Positions 1 to 8,491 of a stretch of 64,000 nucleotides of DNA are shown here, in pieces. How positions within the stretch are numbered: position 1 is the first letter of the stretch; the number at the start of each line of letters is the position of its first letter. The DNA is from Chloroflexota bacterium (GTDB lineage Bacteria; Chloroflexota; Limnocylindria; Limnocylindrales; CSP1-4), in NCBI GenBank assembly GCA_005889475.1, contig VBGT01000026.1, positions 17,544-81,543 of the forward strand. The letters run 5' to 3'. A model generated the notes under the pieces. That model had not been told where the DNA came from. It saw only the letters and a list, made by a program, of their open reading frames with translations, and did not search any database. The translations under genes were made by a program, and so were the position numbers.

Positions 1-386
1 ACATGGGCCTGGCGATGCTCGACGAGCTCGGGCGATACCGTCACCCGGATGGGACCGGTCTCCAGATGCGCGTCGGGATGCACGTCGGGCCGGCGGTCGC
101 CGGCGTCATCGGGCTCAAGAAGTTCATCTACGACGTGTGGGGCGACACGGTGAACACGGCGAGCCGTATGGAATCGACGGGCCTCCCGGGGCGGCTGCAG
201 GTCACGCGCGAGACGCACGACCGGCTCGCCGGCGAGTTCGACCTCGAGCGCCGTGGGATCGTCGAGGTGAAGGGCAAGGGCCCGATCGAGACATGGCTGC
301 TCATCGGGCGGAAGGCAGCGGCGGCCACAGGCCCGGCGGCGTCGGTTCCAGCGGCCGACCCGAGCGAAAGGGCTCGCGGCAGATGA
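1..386 (+). CDS. class III adenylate/guanylate cyclase, C-terminal part (gene begins left of the window)
   Basis: The ORF is open to the window edge. It carries the catalytic-domain motifs VWGDTVNTASRMES and IVEVKGKG. Its stop overlaps the next start (ATGA at 383-386). Confidence 0.85.
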   Translation, partial: MGLAMLDELGRYRHPDGTGLQMRVGMHVGPAVAGVIGLKKFIYDVWGDTVNTASRMESTGLPGRLQVTRETHDRLAGEFDLERRGIVEVKGKGPIETWLLIGRKAAAATGPAASVPAADPSERARGR

Positions 387-868
387 AGCCGGGCGCCTCG
401 GCGGGGATCCTGCTCTTCCGCCGGCGGGGCCATGGCCTGCAGGTGCTGCTCGCCCATCCCGGCGGGCCGTACTGGAGCCGGCAGGACTTCGGCAGCTGGA
501 GCGTGCCGAAGGGCATCGCCGAGCCGGACGAGGCCCCGGAGAACGTCGCGGCGCGCGAGTTCGCCGAGGAAACCGGCTTCGAGCTCGTCGCCGTCGCGAC
601 GGAGCCGGGCCGCACGCCACTCGACCTCGGTGAGGTGACGCTCAAGAGCGGCAAGGTCGTGCGGGCCTGGGCGGTCGAGGGCGACCTCGACCCGGAGCTC
701 GCCCGATCGAACGAGATCGAGATCGAGTGGCCGCCGCGGAGCGGCCGTATGCAGGTCATCCCGGAGGTGGATCGCATCGCCTGGTTCGCGGCCGACGAGG
801 CTCGCCGGCGCGCCCACCCGGCGCAGGCGGTCTTCGTGGATCGGCTCGAGGCGGCACTCGGCGCGTGA
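383..868 (+). CDS. NUDIX hydrolase
   Basis: ATG at 383. The Nudix box is GIAEPDEAPENVAAREFAEETGF (GX5EX7REUXEEXGU). GC3 is high. Confidence 0.85.
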   Translation: MKPGASAGILLFRRRGHGLQVLLAHPGGPYWSRQDFGSWSVPKGIAEPDEAPENVAAREFAEETGFELVAVATEPGRTPLDLGEVTLKSGKVVRAWAVEGDLDPELARSNEIEIEWPPRSGRMQVIPEVDRIAWFAADEARRRAHPAQAVFVDRLEAALGA

Positions 869-1068
869 GCGAGATTCGCCAGGTCTCTGCGGCGGTCGCT
901 CGCCGCTTCCTCGTCGTGCGCCACCTGCTCGCGCCGCCGCGCAGCCTGCCCCCGAAGCCGGAGAGCGTGCTACGCGTCGTCGATCGGCTGGGCTCCCTCC
1001 AGTTCGACCCGCTCGAGGCTCATGCGTACGGCCGAAACACCGGCTTCACGGGCCGACCACGAAGGTAG
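865..1068 (+). pseudogene. truncated 5' remnant of a ycaQ-family (winged-helix DNA glycosylase) gene
   Basis: The GTG at 865 overlaps the NUDIX stop (GTGA). The first 51 codons (VSEIRQVSAAVARRFLVVRHLLAPPRSLPPKPESVLRVVDRLGSLQFDPLE) match 41 of 51 residues of the N-terminus of the intact gene at 25893. Homology stops near 1020-1040, where the convergent aminotransferase gene ends, and the frame then runs into a stop at 1068. Confidence 0.7.
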
Positions 1069-2342
1069 CGCTCGATCCCATCCTCGAGCGCCCGCTCATA
1101 GACGCCCAGTGTCTCGTCGAGGGCGCTCACCGTTCGATCGATGTCGGCATCGGATAGCGCCGCGCTGACGACGAAGGACGGTCCAAGAACCCCGCGGGAG
1201 ATGAGCTCCTGCAATACCAGCGTGCGGAACGGCTGGGAGCGATTGCCGTCGCGGTCCAGCGTCGAGAAGACCAGGTTGCTCGGCCGGCCCAGCAGCTGGA
1301 AGGTGTCGCCGAGGCCGTGCCTGTCAATGGCCTGCCCGGCGCCGAGCGCAAGTCTTCGGCCACGATCGTCCAGACGATCGATCACCGACTCGACCTCGTA
1401 CGTATCGATGACTGCGAGCAGCGCCGCGAGCGCGTGCACCTCGGCGCCGTGCGTCGTCGAAAGCGTGAAGACTCGCTCCCGATCGTCGCGAATGCCGCCG
1501 AGGCCCAGCAGCGTTCGGGGGCCAACGAGCGCCGAGATGGCGAACCCGTTGCCAATCGCCTTGCCGAACGCCGCGAGGTCGGGCCGGACACCGTAGACCT
1601 GCTGTGCGCCCGCCATGTGCCAGCGGAAGCCCGTGATCATCTCGTCGAAGATGAGGAGCGCGCCGTGCTCGTCGCACAGCAGCCGAAGTCCCTCGAGGAA
1701 GCCGGCCTCGGGCTCGACGACGGTGGCAGGCTCGAGCACCAGGCCCGCTACCTGGCCCGGACGTTCGGCAAACAGCTGCCGCACCGAGGCGAGGTCGTTA
1801 TAGCGGAAGGTGACGGTCAGGTCGCGCACCACCTGGGGCACGCCGGCCGGCATGGCAGTGCGGCCGATGAACCAGTCGTCCGTCGAGAAGAAGGGCTGGT
1901 CGGCGCAGATCGCGATCAGGTCCCTGCCGGTCGCCGCTCGGGCGAGCCGAACGGCGGCGGTGGTCGCGTCCGAGCCGTTCTTGGCGAACTTCACCATCTC
2001 GTGACCGACGACGCCGAGAAATCGCTCGGCGGCAGCCAGCTCCATCGACGACGGGCGGACGAAGTTGCTGCCGAGATCCAGGGCGACTCGCACCGCCTCG
2101 ACAACCCTCGGATGGGCGTGCCCGAGCGTGACGGCGCGGAGCCCGGACCCGTACTCGATGTAGTCATTGCCGTCCAGGTCCCAGACGTGGCTGCCTCGAC
2201 CGCGCTCGATGACCGGCGCAACGCCCTCGGGGAACTGGTCGTCCCCCTTGGCGTAGGTGTGGGCGCCACCCGGCACGAGGCGATGAAGCCGCTCGCTGGC
2301 CTCCGTCGAACGTGCGCGAGCTGTGTCGATGACCGCCATCAC
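1020..2342 (-). CDS. class III PLP aminotransferase, glutamate-1-semialdehyde aminomutase-like
   Basis: 440 aa. Motifs are GSGLRAVTLGHAHP, DEMITGFR and the PLP-lysine motif FGKAIGNG. It is the first gene of the polysaccharide cluster. Confidence 0.8.
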   Translation of the reverse strand: MMAVIDTARARSTEASERLHRLVPGGAHTYAKGDDQFPEGVAPVIERGRGSHVWDLDGNDYIEYGSGLRAVTLGHAHPRVVEAVRVALDLGSNFVRPSSMELAAAERFLGVVGHEMVKFAKNGSDATTAAVRLARAATGRDLIAICADQPFFSTDDWFIGRTAMPAGVPQVVRDLTVTFRYNDLASVRQLFAERPGQVAGLVLEPATVVEPEAGFLEGLRLLCDEHGALLIFDEMITGFRWHMAGAQQVYGVRPDLAAFGKAIGNGFAISALVGPRTLLGLGGIRDDRERVFTLSTTHGAEVHALAALLAVIDTYEVESVIDRLDDRGRRLALGAGQAIDRHGLGDTFQLLGRPSNLVFSTLDRDGNRSQPFRTLVLQELISRGVLGPSFVVSAALSDADIDRTVSALDETLGVYERALEDGIERYLRGRPVKPVFRPYA

Positions 2343-2678
2343 CGCGAACCATATTCGATCGGCCGCCGCCGAACCCGGAGCGCGTCGAACGACCCACGCG
2401 GCTGATCGCCTCCTCGGGCAGCGAAGGTTGGGTGACCTCCGGGTTAGTCGGGATGATCCCGGGGTAGATCGTCCGAATTACTGCCGGCTTTCGTCCGCGC
2501 GACGATCGAACCATTGCTTGCGCCGCGGGCAACGACGTAGGGTTTCCAGACTCACTCGACGCGTGGACAGCGCCGGGCGCCGAGGGGGTTCCACGAACTA
2601 GCACACCCGTCGCGAGGCGGGGCCGCAAAGCCACGGGGCTCTCTGAGCCAGCCGGGTTGCCGAACGGAGCCACCATCG

Positions 2679-4355
2679 ATGTTCTGGGATGGAACGCGCT
2701 GGGTCGACCCGCGCGCGACTGAGCACGCCAGGGTCGAACGTCGGCGGTCCGCCGACTGGATCGCCACCGGCATCATCGGGGTGATGGTGCTGGCGATGGT
2801 CACCCCCTTTCACGATGCCTCCGCGGGTCGCGGACCTTCGTCCACGTTGGATCCCAACGCCACCAGCCTGATCTACGAGGAGTCGAACGCACAGCTCCAG
2901 TTCTCGGGGGCCTGGTACGGCGTCACGGACACCGCCTACAGCGGTGGGGCCGCCATGGCTTCGGATGCCGCCAAGGCCACGGTGACACTTCGCTTCACGG
3001 GAACCGGCGTCGCATGGACCGGCTCCGCCGGACCGAACCAGGGCAGAGCGCGGGTGTACCTCAACGGCAAGCTCGTGAAGAACGTGGACACGCAGGCAAC
3101 GACCTTCAGCCCAACGCGCGTCCTGTATTCGGTGTCCTTCAAGTCGGAACAGACGAAGACGCTCATCATCGAGATCGCCGGCACACGAGGCCGTCCAACC
3201 GTCGTCGTCGACACGATCGTGGTACGCAAGCCGGACCCGACCCCGAACCCGCCGGCCGACGTCACGCCGACCGCCGCGCCGACCGCGGACCCGGCGACGC
3301 CTGCGCCGCAGCCGACCTTGGATCCGACCGCTCCGCCTCCGCCCCCGCCGACGCAGCCGCCGGCGACGCCCGCACCGACGAGCTCGACCGGGGTCAACGT
3401 GCCTTCCTCGATCGACGCCACCGGGGGAAGCGACGCCTCCGTGGCGCTCGCAGCGTTCATTGCTTCCGTGCCCAACGGGAAGACCATCAACTTCAAGGCA
3501 GGCGGGGTGTATCGGCTCGATGCCGGCCTGCGCATCCTCGACCGCAGCGGTCTTACCTTCGAGGGCAACGGGGCGACGTTGCGAGCGACGGCGACGACGG
3601 GTCGCCCACGGACGTCGCCGTTCCTGGTCGAGAACAGCAGCTCGATCACGATCCGGGACTTCACCCTGAAGGGGAACAATCCGGACGCCGGCACATCGGC
3701 GAGCCTTCACCTCGATCGCCAGGACCAGGGCGGAGTCATCGTCTACAGCGGCAGCGACATCCTCATCGAGCAGACGACCATCAGCGGGACCTGGGGCGAC
3801 TGCGTGTACCTGGGCAACAATGGGATGAGCGGCTCCCCGTGGACCGACGGGGTGGTCTATCGCGACTCCGTCTGCAAGCTCAACGGCCGGATGGGTGTCG
3901 CGCTCGTCGCCGCGCGCCACGTGACCGTCGCCCGTGTCAGCTTCGACAAGATCGCGATGTTCCCGTTCGACATCGAGCCGGACACGAGCGCCGGAGGCGC
4001 AACCTACGTCACGATCCGCGATAACACGGTGGCGACGTACGGCCTGTCGCCGCTGTTCACCGAGCACTTCTTCGCCGCCTCGGGCGCGGCTGGCTCCACC
4101 GTCCACAACATCACGGTCACCGGCAACCGGGTCACCGATCCCAAGGGGTTGCGGGTCACGGTCGGCACCGCCGTCCGCCAGAACATCTTCATCACGAACA
4201 ATGTCGGCACGGCCACATTGGCCGGCCCCTTCATGCACTTCATGAACGTCGATGGCGTCACCGTGACCGGCAACCAGGAGGTCGTGTCGGCTGGGCAGCT
4301 CGCCGAGTTCATCGGCTGCACGGGTGTCACCTACTCCGGCAACGTGACCAACTGA
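2679..4355 (+). CDS. membrane-anchored or secreted protein: N-terminal WDGxxW motif plus TM, sugar-binding-like beta-sandwich, Pro/Thr linker, right-handed parallel beta-helix domain
   Basis: The protein starts MFWDGTRWV, followed by the TM segment WIATGIIGVMVLAMV. A PT-rich linker (PDPTPNPPADVTPTAAPTADPATPAPQPTLDPTAPPPPPPTQPPATPAPT) follows. The C-terminal half has periodic beta-helix repeats (ITIRDFTLKGNN, ILIEQTTISG, VTIRDNTV, ITVTGNRV, IFITNNV, VTVTGNQ). Confidence 0.7.
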   Translation: MFWDGTRWVDPRATEHARVERRRSADWIATGIIGVMVLAMVTPFHDASAGRGPSSTLDPNATSLIYEESNAQLQFSGAWYGVTDTAYSGGAAMASDAAKATVTLRFTGTGVAWTGSAGPNQGRARVYLNGKLVKNVDTQATTFSPTRVLYSVSFKSEQTKTLIIEIAGTRGRPTVVVDTIVVRKPDPTPNPPADVTPTAAPTADPATPAPQPTLDPTAPPPPPPTQPPATPAPTSSTGVNVPSSIDATGGSDASVALAAFIASVPNGKTINFKAGGVYRLDAGLRILDRSGLTFEGNGATLRATATTGRPRTSPFLVENSSSITIRDFTLKGNNPDAGTSASLHLDRQDQGGVIVYSGSDILIEQTTISGTWGDCVYLGNNGMSGSPWTDGVVYRDSVCKLNGRMGVALVAARHVTVARVSFDKIAMFPFDIEPDTSAGGATYVTIRDNTVATYGLSPLFTEHFFAASGAAGSTVHNITVTGNRVTDPKGLRVTVGTAVRQNIFITNNVGTATLAGPFMHFMNVDGVTVTGNQEVVSAGQLAEFIGCTGVTYSGNVTN

Positions 4356-4419
4356 TCCGGGCGACAGGGTCGGGCTCGGCCACCGGACCAACGCCCGGCG
4401 CCCGTGTATCGTCGGTCGC

Positions 4420-5379
4420 GTGCCGAACGCATCGCGAGCGGTCCCGGAGTACACGTTCACGGTCTTCACGCCGACGCGGAACCGCGGTCATGTCCTGCAT
4501 CGGATGTACGCTAGCCTCGCCGCGCAGACGTTCCGCGACTTCGAATGGCTGGTCATCGACAACGAGTCCGAGGACGGGACGACGGACCTGGTCGAGGGTT
4601 GGCAGCGCGAGGCGTCGTTCCCGATTCGCTATGTGCGGCAGCCAAACCGCGGCGTCCAGGTGTCCTGGCGGCGCGCCCTCGACGAGGCGCATGGTCAGCT
4701 GTTCCTGCAGACGAGAGCGGGGGACGCGATCCGGCCGAACGCGCTGGAGCGCCTGCTCGCCAACTGGGAATCGATCCCCGAGCTCGAGCGCCGCCGGTTC
4801 TCGGCTGTCAGCGGGCTGGCAGAGGATGAGCACGGCAATCTGATCGGGACGGCGTTCCCACGGAGCCCGCTCGACTCCGACTCGATCGAGCTCCGCTACC
4901 GGTACAAGGTTAAGGGCGACAAGTTCGGGTTCCAGCGGACGGAGGTCCTGCGGCGCCACCCGGTCCCGATCGTCGAGGGGTACACGGGGTACATGCCGGA
5001 CCGGATCGTGTGGACCGCGATCGCTCGCGAGTACCGGACCCGGTACGTCAACGAGCCGCTGCGCATCTACTACCACGACCAGCCGACGAGCCTCTCGCGC
5101 CCACGCCGCCCGAGCGACAATGCGGTCGGCGCGTTTCTGGATGCCGAGGCCGCCCTCAACCTCGACATCGGCTGGCTCCGACACGCGCCGCTCGAGTTCT
5201 ACCGGCGGGCCGTGAAGTACGCTTGGTCGGGGTTCCACACCGGCCGCTCCGCGGCCGAGCAGTGGCACCGGCTGCGGAACGCGCGGGCACGGTTGCTCTG
5301 GCTGTCGGCGCTCGTGCCGGCCTATGGCATGTACGCCGCCGATGCTGCCGGGGTAGGAGGGTTGCTGTGGAGGCGATAG
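4420..5379 (+). CDS. family 2 glycosyltransferase
   Basis: GTG start. The N-terminus is GT-A type (FTVFTPTRNRGHVLHRMYASLAAQTFRDFEWLVIDNESEDGT) with a DxD-like region. Confidence 0.8.
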   Translation: MPNASRAVPEYTFTVFTPTRNRGHVLHRMYASLAAQTFRDFEWLVIDNESEDGTTDLVEGWQREASFPIRYVRQPNRGVQVSWRRALDEAHGQLFLQTRAGDAIRPNALERLLANWESIPELERRRFSAVSGLAEDEHGNLIGTAFPRSPLDSDSIELRYRYKVKGDKFGFQRTEVLRRHPVPIVEGYTGYMPDRIVWTAIAREYRTRYVNEPLRIYYHDQPTSLSRPRRPSDNAVGAFLDAEAALNLDIGWLRHAPLEFYRRAVKYAWSGFHTGRSAAEQWHRLRNARARLLWLSALVPAYGMYAADAAGVGGLLWRR

Positions 5380-5418
5380 AGGTCCGCCATCCCTGAACCG
5401 CGCAATGGGCCGCCCTCG

Positions 5419-6642
5419 TTGACCGCACGTTGTCGCTCGTGCGGCAGCGCGTCGCTCCATTCGGTGCTCGACCTCGGAGCACTGCCCATCTCCGATGTGT
5501 TTCCGACCCCGGCCGAGGCCGACGACGTCGAGCGCGCCGCCCTGCATGTCGCGGTCTGCACGACCTGCTGGTGGATGCAGCTCGCCGACGACACGCCGGA
5601 CGAGCCAGACGCAGGCGGCCCGCCCGCCACCGAGACGTCGCCGACGATTCGCGCGCACGCCGTCGACCTTGTCGGCTGGCTCATCACCGAGCAGCTCGTC
5701 CCTCCCGGGGGCCGGATCCTCGAGCTCGCCAGCCACGGCAACGTCCTCGCCGGCTTCCTGCGCGAGCGCGGGCTGACCGATACGACGACGATCGAGCACC
5801 ATTCGTCGGCCCTTGCCGCGGCGAGATCCTCGGGCCTCCGCGTCGTCGACGGACGGCTCGACGCAGCGTTGGCGGGCCGGCTTGCCGCGGACCGGCCGTT
5901 CGACCTCGCGCTGGACACCTTCGACCTGGCCCATCGGCGCGCTCCGGGCGACGAGCTCGCCGGCATCGCCACGGCCATCGGTGAACGCGGGGTCGCCGTC
6001 ATCGAGGTGGAGCACGTGCTTCCACTGCTGGAGGGAGCCCGTTTCGATTCCGTGCGGCACGGGCACTTCGCCTATCCGTCGCTGCTCGGTCTGCGAACGG
6101 CCGCCCAGCGAGCCGGTCTCGACGTCACGGCCGCACTCCGGACCTCGATCTACGGTGGCGGGCTGCGCGTCGTCCTCGCTCGCCGGAACGCGAGAGCGAT
6201 TGATCCAGGCGTGGAGCGCCTGCTCGCCGAGGAGACGGAGGCTGGGCTTGCGAGCGTCAGCGCCTACGACGCCTTCGCCCTGCGCGTCGCCGGTGCGATC
6301 GAGGCCCTCCGCGCCCATCTGGTCGCCGCCAGGGCAGCCGGACGACTCGTCGCCGGGTATGGCGCACCAAGCCGAGGCAGCACGCTCGTCAACGCGGCTC
6401 GAATCGACCGCCAGCTCCTGCCGTTCACCGCAGACGTGTCGGCCGCAAAGCACGGCCGGGAGATCCCCGGGGCTCGGATCCCGATCGTCGATCCCTCGGA
6501 GCTCGTCCGGCGCCGCCCCGACGAGGTGCTGATCCTGACCTGGACGATCGCCGACGAGGTGGTCGAGCAGCTCCGAGCCGCCGGGTTGCGGGACTGTCAG
6601 TTCGTCGTTCCGCTCCCCGAGCTTCGCGTCATCGGCACCTGA
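5419..6642 (+). CDS. C-methyltransferase-like protein (TylC3 / NDP-hexose C-methyltransferase architecture), divergent paralogue
   Basis: TTG start. The N-terminal Zn-ribbon is CRSCG...CTTC. It is colinear with the paralogue at 24165-25463 along its whole length (AGYGAPSRGSTLVN versus AGYGAPGKANTLLN), but its SAM-site motifs are altered. Confidence 0.65.
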   Translation: MTARCRSCGSASLHSVLDLGALPISDVFPTPAEADDVERAALHVAVCTTCWWMQLADDTPDEPDAGGPPATETSPTIRAHAVDLVGWLITEQLVPPGGRILELASHGNVLAGFLRERGLTDTTTIEHHSSALAAARSSGLRVVDGRLDAALAGRLAADRPFDLALDTFDLAHRRAPGDELAGIATAIGERGVAVIEVEHVLPLLEGARFDSVRHGHFAYPSLLGLRTAAQRAGLDVTAALRTSIYGGGLRVVLARRNARAIDPGVERLLAEETEAGLASVSAYDAFALRVAGAIEALRAHLVAARAAGRLVAGYGAPSRGSTLVNAARIDRQLLPFTADVSAAKHGREIPGARIPIVDPSELVRRRPDEVLILTWTIADEVVEQLRAAGLRDCQFVVPLPELRVIGT

Positions 6643-8465
6643 ACCGCGACAAGACGCTCGCTCTGGCGGCGCCGGGCGCTCCCGAGGAGCCCGTGGAGCA
6701 CCGCCAGCCGAAGCAGCTGGAGGTATTCGGGGAGGGCATTCCGCTCGGCACGTCGCTCGAGTCCCAGCTCGAGGAGGATCCGGCTCGGGGCCGATCTGTT
6801 GAGCAGGCGTCGGAGATCCCGACGCCACGCAGGATCGGCCGTGATCGGACCCGCGACATGCAGCCTCTCGATCCGGTCGAGCACGGCGGGCCGAATGCCG
6901 ACGGCATCGAGCCACCCCGGCGCGGAGCACCATTCCCGGAGGAAGCCCGAAAGGATCGGGTCCTCCCGCCAGCGTCGTTGCCATGCAGGCAGGTTGTCCC
7001 GGGTTGCATACGGGATGGATGCCACGTCCGGAAATCGGCGGCTGAGCGCATCCCTGACCAGTCGCTTCTCGGCTCGCAAGGCCTCGGGGACGCGGCGCAG
7101 CCACTCCAGCAGGCGGCGATCGAGGAACGGCGTGTAGACCTCCAGGTCCTGGTGCCGCACCGCGTTGTACGGAGCCAGCAGCCGACGGATCCCGAACGCA
7201 TACCAGAGCTCATCGCGCTTTCCCGTCGGCGTCCTCGACGCGAGGCCCGCCATCGCCTCGTCCATGACGGCTTCGCTCGCTGGCGCCAACAGCGCGAGCA
7301 GCTCCGGCGTGAGCAGCTCAGCGTAGGCGCCGGTCTGTGACACGCGCCCGACACCGCCCAGGACGGCCACGACCCGATTCGTGATCAGTCGCTCGTAGCC
7401 GAAGCATTCGTCGCCCCGGAACAGTGACGAGAAGCCCAGCTCGTCGTGGAGCCGACGATAGAACTGATCGTCGCCCGGGTAGTGGATCGCGTAGTCGCAC
7501 TCACCGCTCGACACGTAGATCGACCGCTCGAACGACTCCAGCGTGTGGAGCTGCGCCTTGTCGCGCCAGGCGTGCTCCGCGCCCAGGGCCGCGGCCACGG
7601 TTGAGGCGACCTGGGCGTCGCTGTTCGCTCGGTCGGGCGCCTCGCCCCAGGTGATCGTCCGGACCGGCGATGTCCCGGCCTGCCGCACGATCTCCGCCGC
7701 GAGGTAGCGCGAGTCAACGCCGCCGCTGAGTGGCACCACGGGCTCGACCGCCGCCCGCCAGCGCGTCGCGACCGCTGCCTCGACGTTCGCGATGAGCTCA
7801 TCGACCAGCTCGGTCCGCCGGGCCGATCCTTGCTCGGTGAACGCCAGCCGGAAATGCCGACCCTCGGTGGCGCCTGAGGGTCGTATGACGAGATGCTGTC
7901 CGGCACCCAGATGCCGGATGCCGCTGATGGCCGTTCGACCCGGCGGATACAGGCCGGTCGCGAGGTAGTTCGCGACGGCCCCCCAGTCCTCCCGGATCTG
8001 GGCTGGATAGCTCGGAACGAGGTCGAGCAACCGCGAGTGGAAGGCGAGGGTGCCGCCCTGCTCCCACCAGTAGACCCCACGCGTGCCCGCGACGTCCGCA
8101 CCGGCGTAGATGGTTGCCCCGTGGCGGACGATCAGCAGGAACGATCCGTCGAGGCGCGACCAGGCGGCGTTCCCGTGGGTCTCGAAGAGCCTTGACACCG
8201 TCTCCAGCTCCCCAGCCGCGCCGCGACCGTCCGACGTCGGACGGCCATCGATCTCGAGGATCTCGCCGTCGAGGTGGACGGAACGCTCACCGTCGACGTC
8301 CTGCCACGTAGCGAATCGCCTTGCGACGGCCCCGAGCACGACCGAACCGCCGGTGCCAGCGCGAGCGATGATCTCCGGCTGGTCGATCGCCGTGCCGGCG
8401 GCCAGGTTCGCGAACGCAGCCTCGCCCGAGCCGTCGGGCGAAAGGACCCCGAGCAGGACCTCCAA
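6597..8465 (-). CDS. asparagine synthetase B-like amidotransferase lacking the N-terminal Cys nucleophile
   Basis: 622 aa, TTG start. The PP-loop is PLSGGVDSRYL. The N-terminus is MEVLLGVL instead of MCGI. The 3' end overlaps the convergent methyltransferase-like gene by 46 nt. Confidence 0.75.
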   Translation of the reverse strand: MEVLLGVLSPDGSGEAAFANLAAGTAIDQPEIIARAGTGGSVVLGAVARRFATWQDVDGERSVHLDGEILEIDGRPTSDGRGAAGELETVSRLFETHGNAAWSRLDGSFLLIVRHGATIYAGADVAGTRGVYWWEQGGTLAFHSRLLDLVPSYPAQIREDWGAVANYLATGLYPPGRTAISGIRHLGAGQHLVIRPSGATEGRHFRLAFTEQGSARRTELVDELIANVEAAVATRWRAAVEPVVPLSGGVDSRYLAAEIVRQAGTSPVRTITWGEAPDRANSDAQVASTVAAALGAEHAWRDKAQLHTLESFERSIYVSSGECDYAIHYPGDDQFYRRLHDELGFSSLFRGDECFGYERLITNRVVAVLGGVGRVSQTGAYAELLTPELLALLAPASEAVMDEAMAGLASRTPTGKRDELWYAFGIRRLLAPYNAVRHQDLEVYTPFLDRRLLEWLRRVPEALRAEKRLVRDALSRRFPDVASIPYATRDNLPAWQRRWREDPILSGFLREWCSAPGWLDAVGIRPAVLDRIERLHVAGPITADPAWRRDLRRLLNRSAPSRILLELGLERRAERNALPEYLQLLRLAVLHGLLGSARRRQSERLVAVQVPMTRSSGSGTTN

Positions 8466-8491
8466 CCGTCAGCCCCGATCCGCTTGTGGCA

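Noticed and set aside
2343-2678. The 336-nt divergent spacer upstream of the beta-helix protein gene as a possible riboswitch (B12, c-di-GMP and others).
   Set aside because: I found no B12 box, GEMM core or other class-defining motif. It is most simply a divergent promoter region. An Rfam scan would be needed to say more.
2598-4469. Very long ORFs antisense to or out of frame with the called genes. Examples are 2598-4469(-), 4327-7104(-), 27497-29566(-), 31586-33790(-), 35560-37155(-), 42027-43778(-), 13795-15000(-) and 14295-15557(-).
   Set aside because: Their translations are dominated by Arg, Pro, Gly and Ala with no recognisable motifs. These are the typical stop-poor shadow frames of a ~70% GC genome. 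In every case the opposite or alternate frame carries clear family motifs and high GC3.
6597-6642. Overlapping convergent 3' ends (5419-6642 with 6597-8465, and 14445-15623 with 15600-16838) as a deliberate antisense regulatory device.
   Set aside because: Short convergent overlaps are common in compact high-GC genomes, and nothing in the sequence shows a function. I note them but do not claim one.
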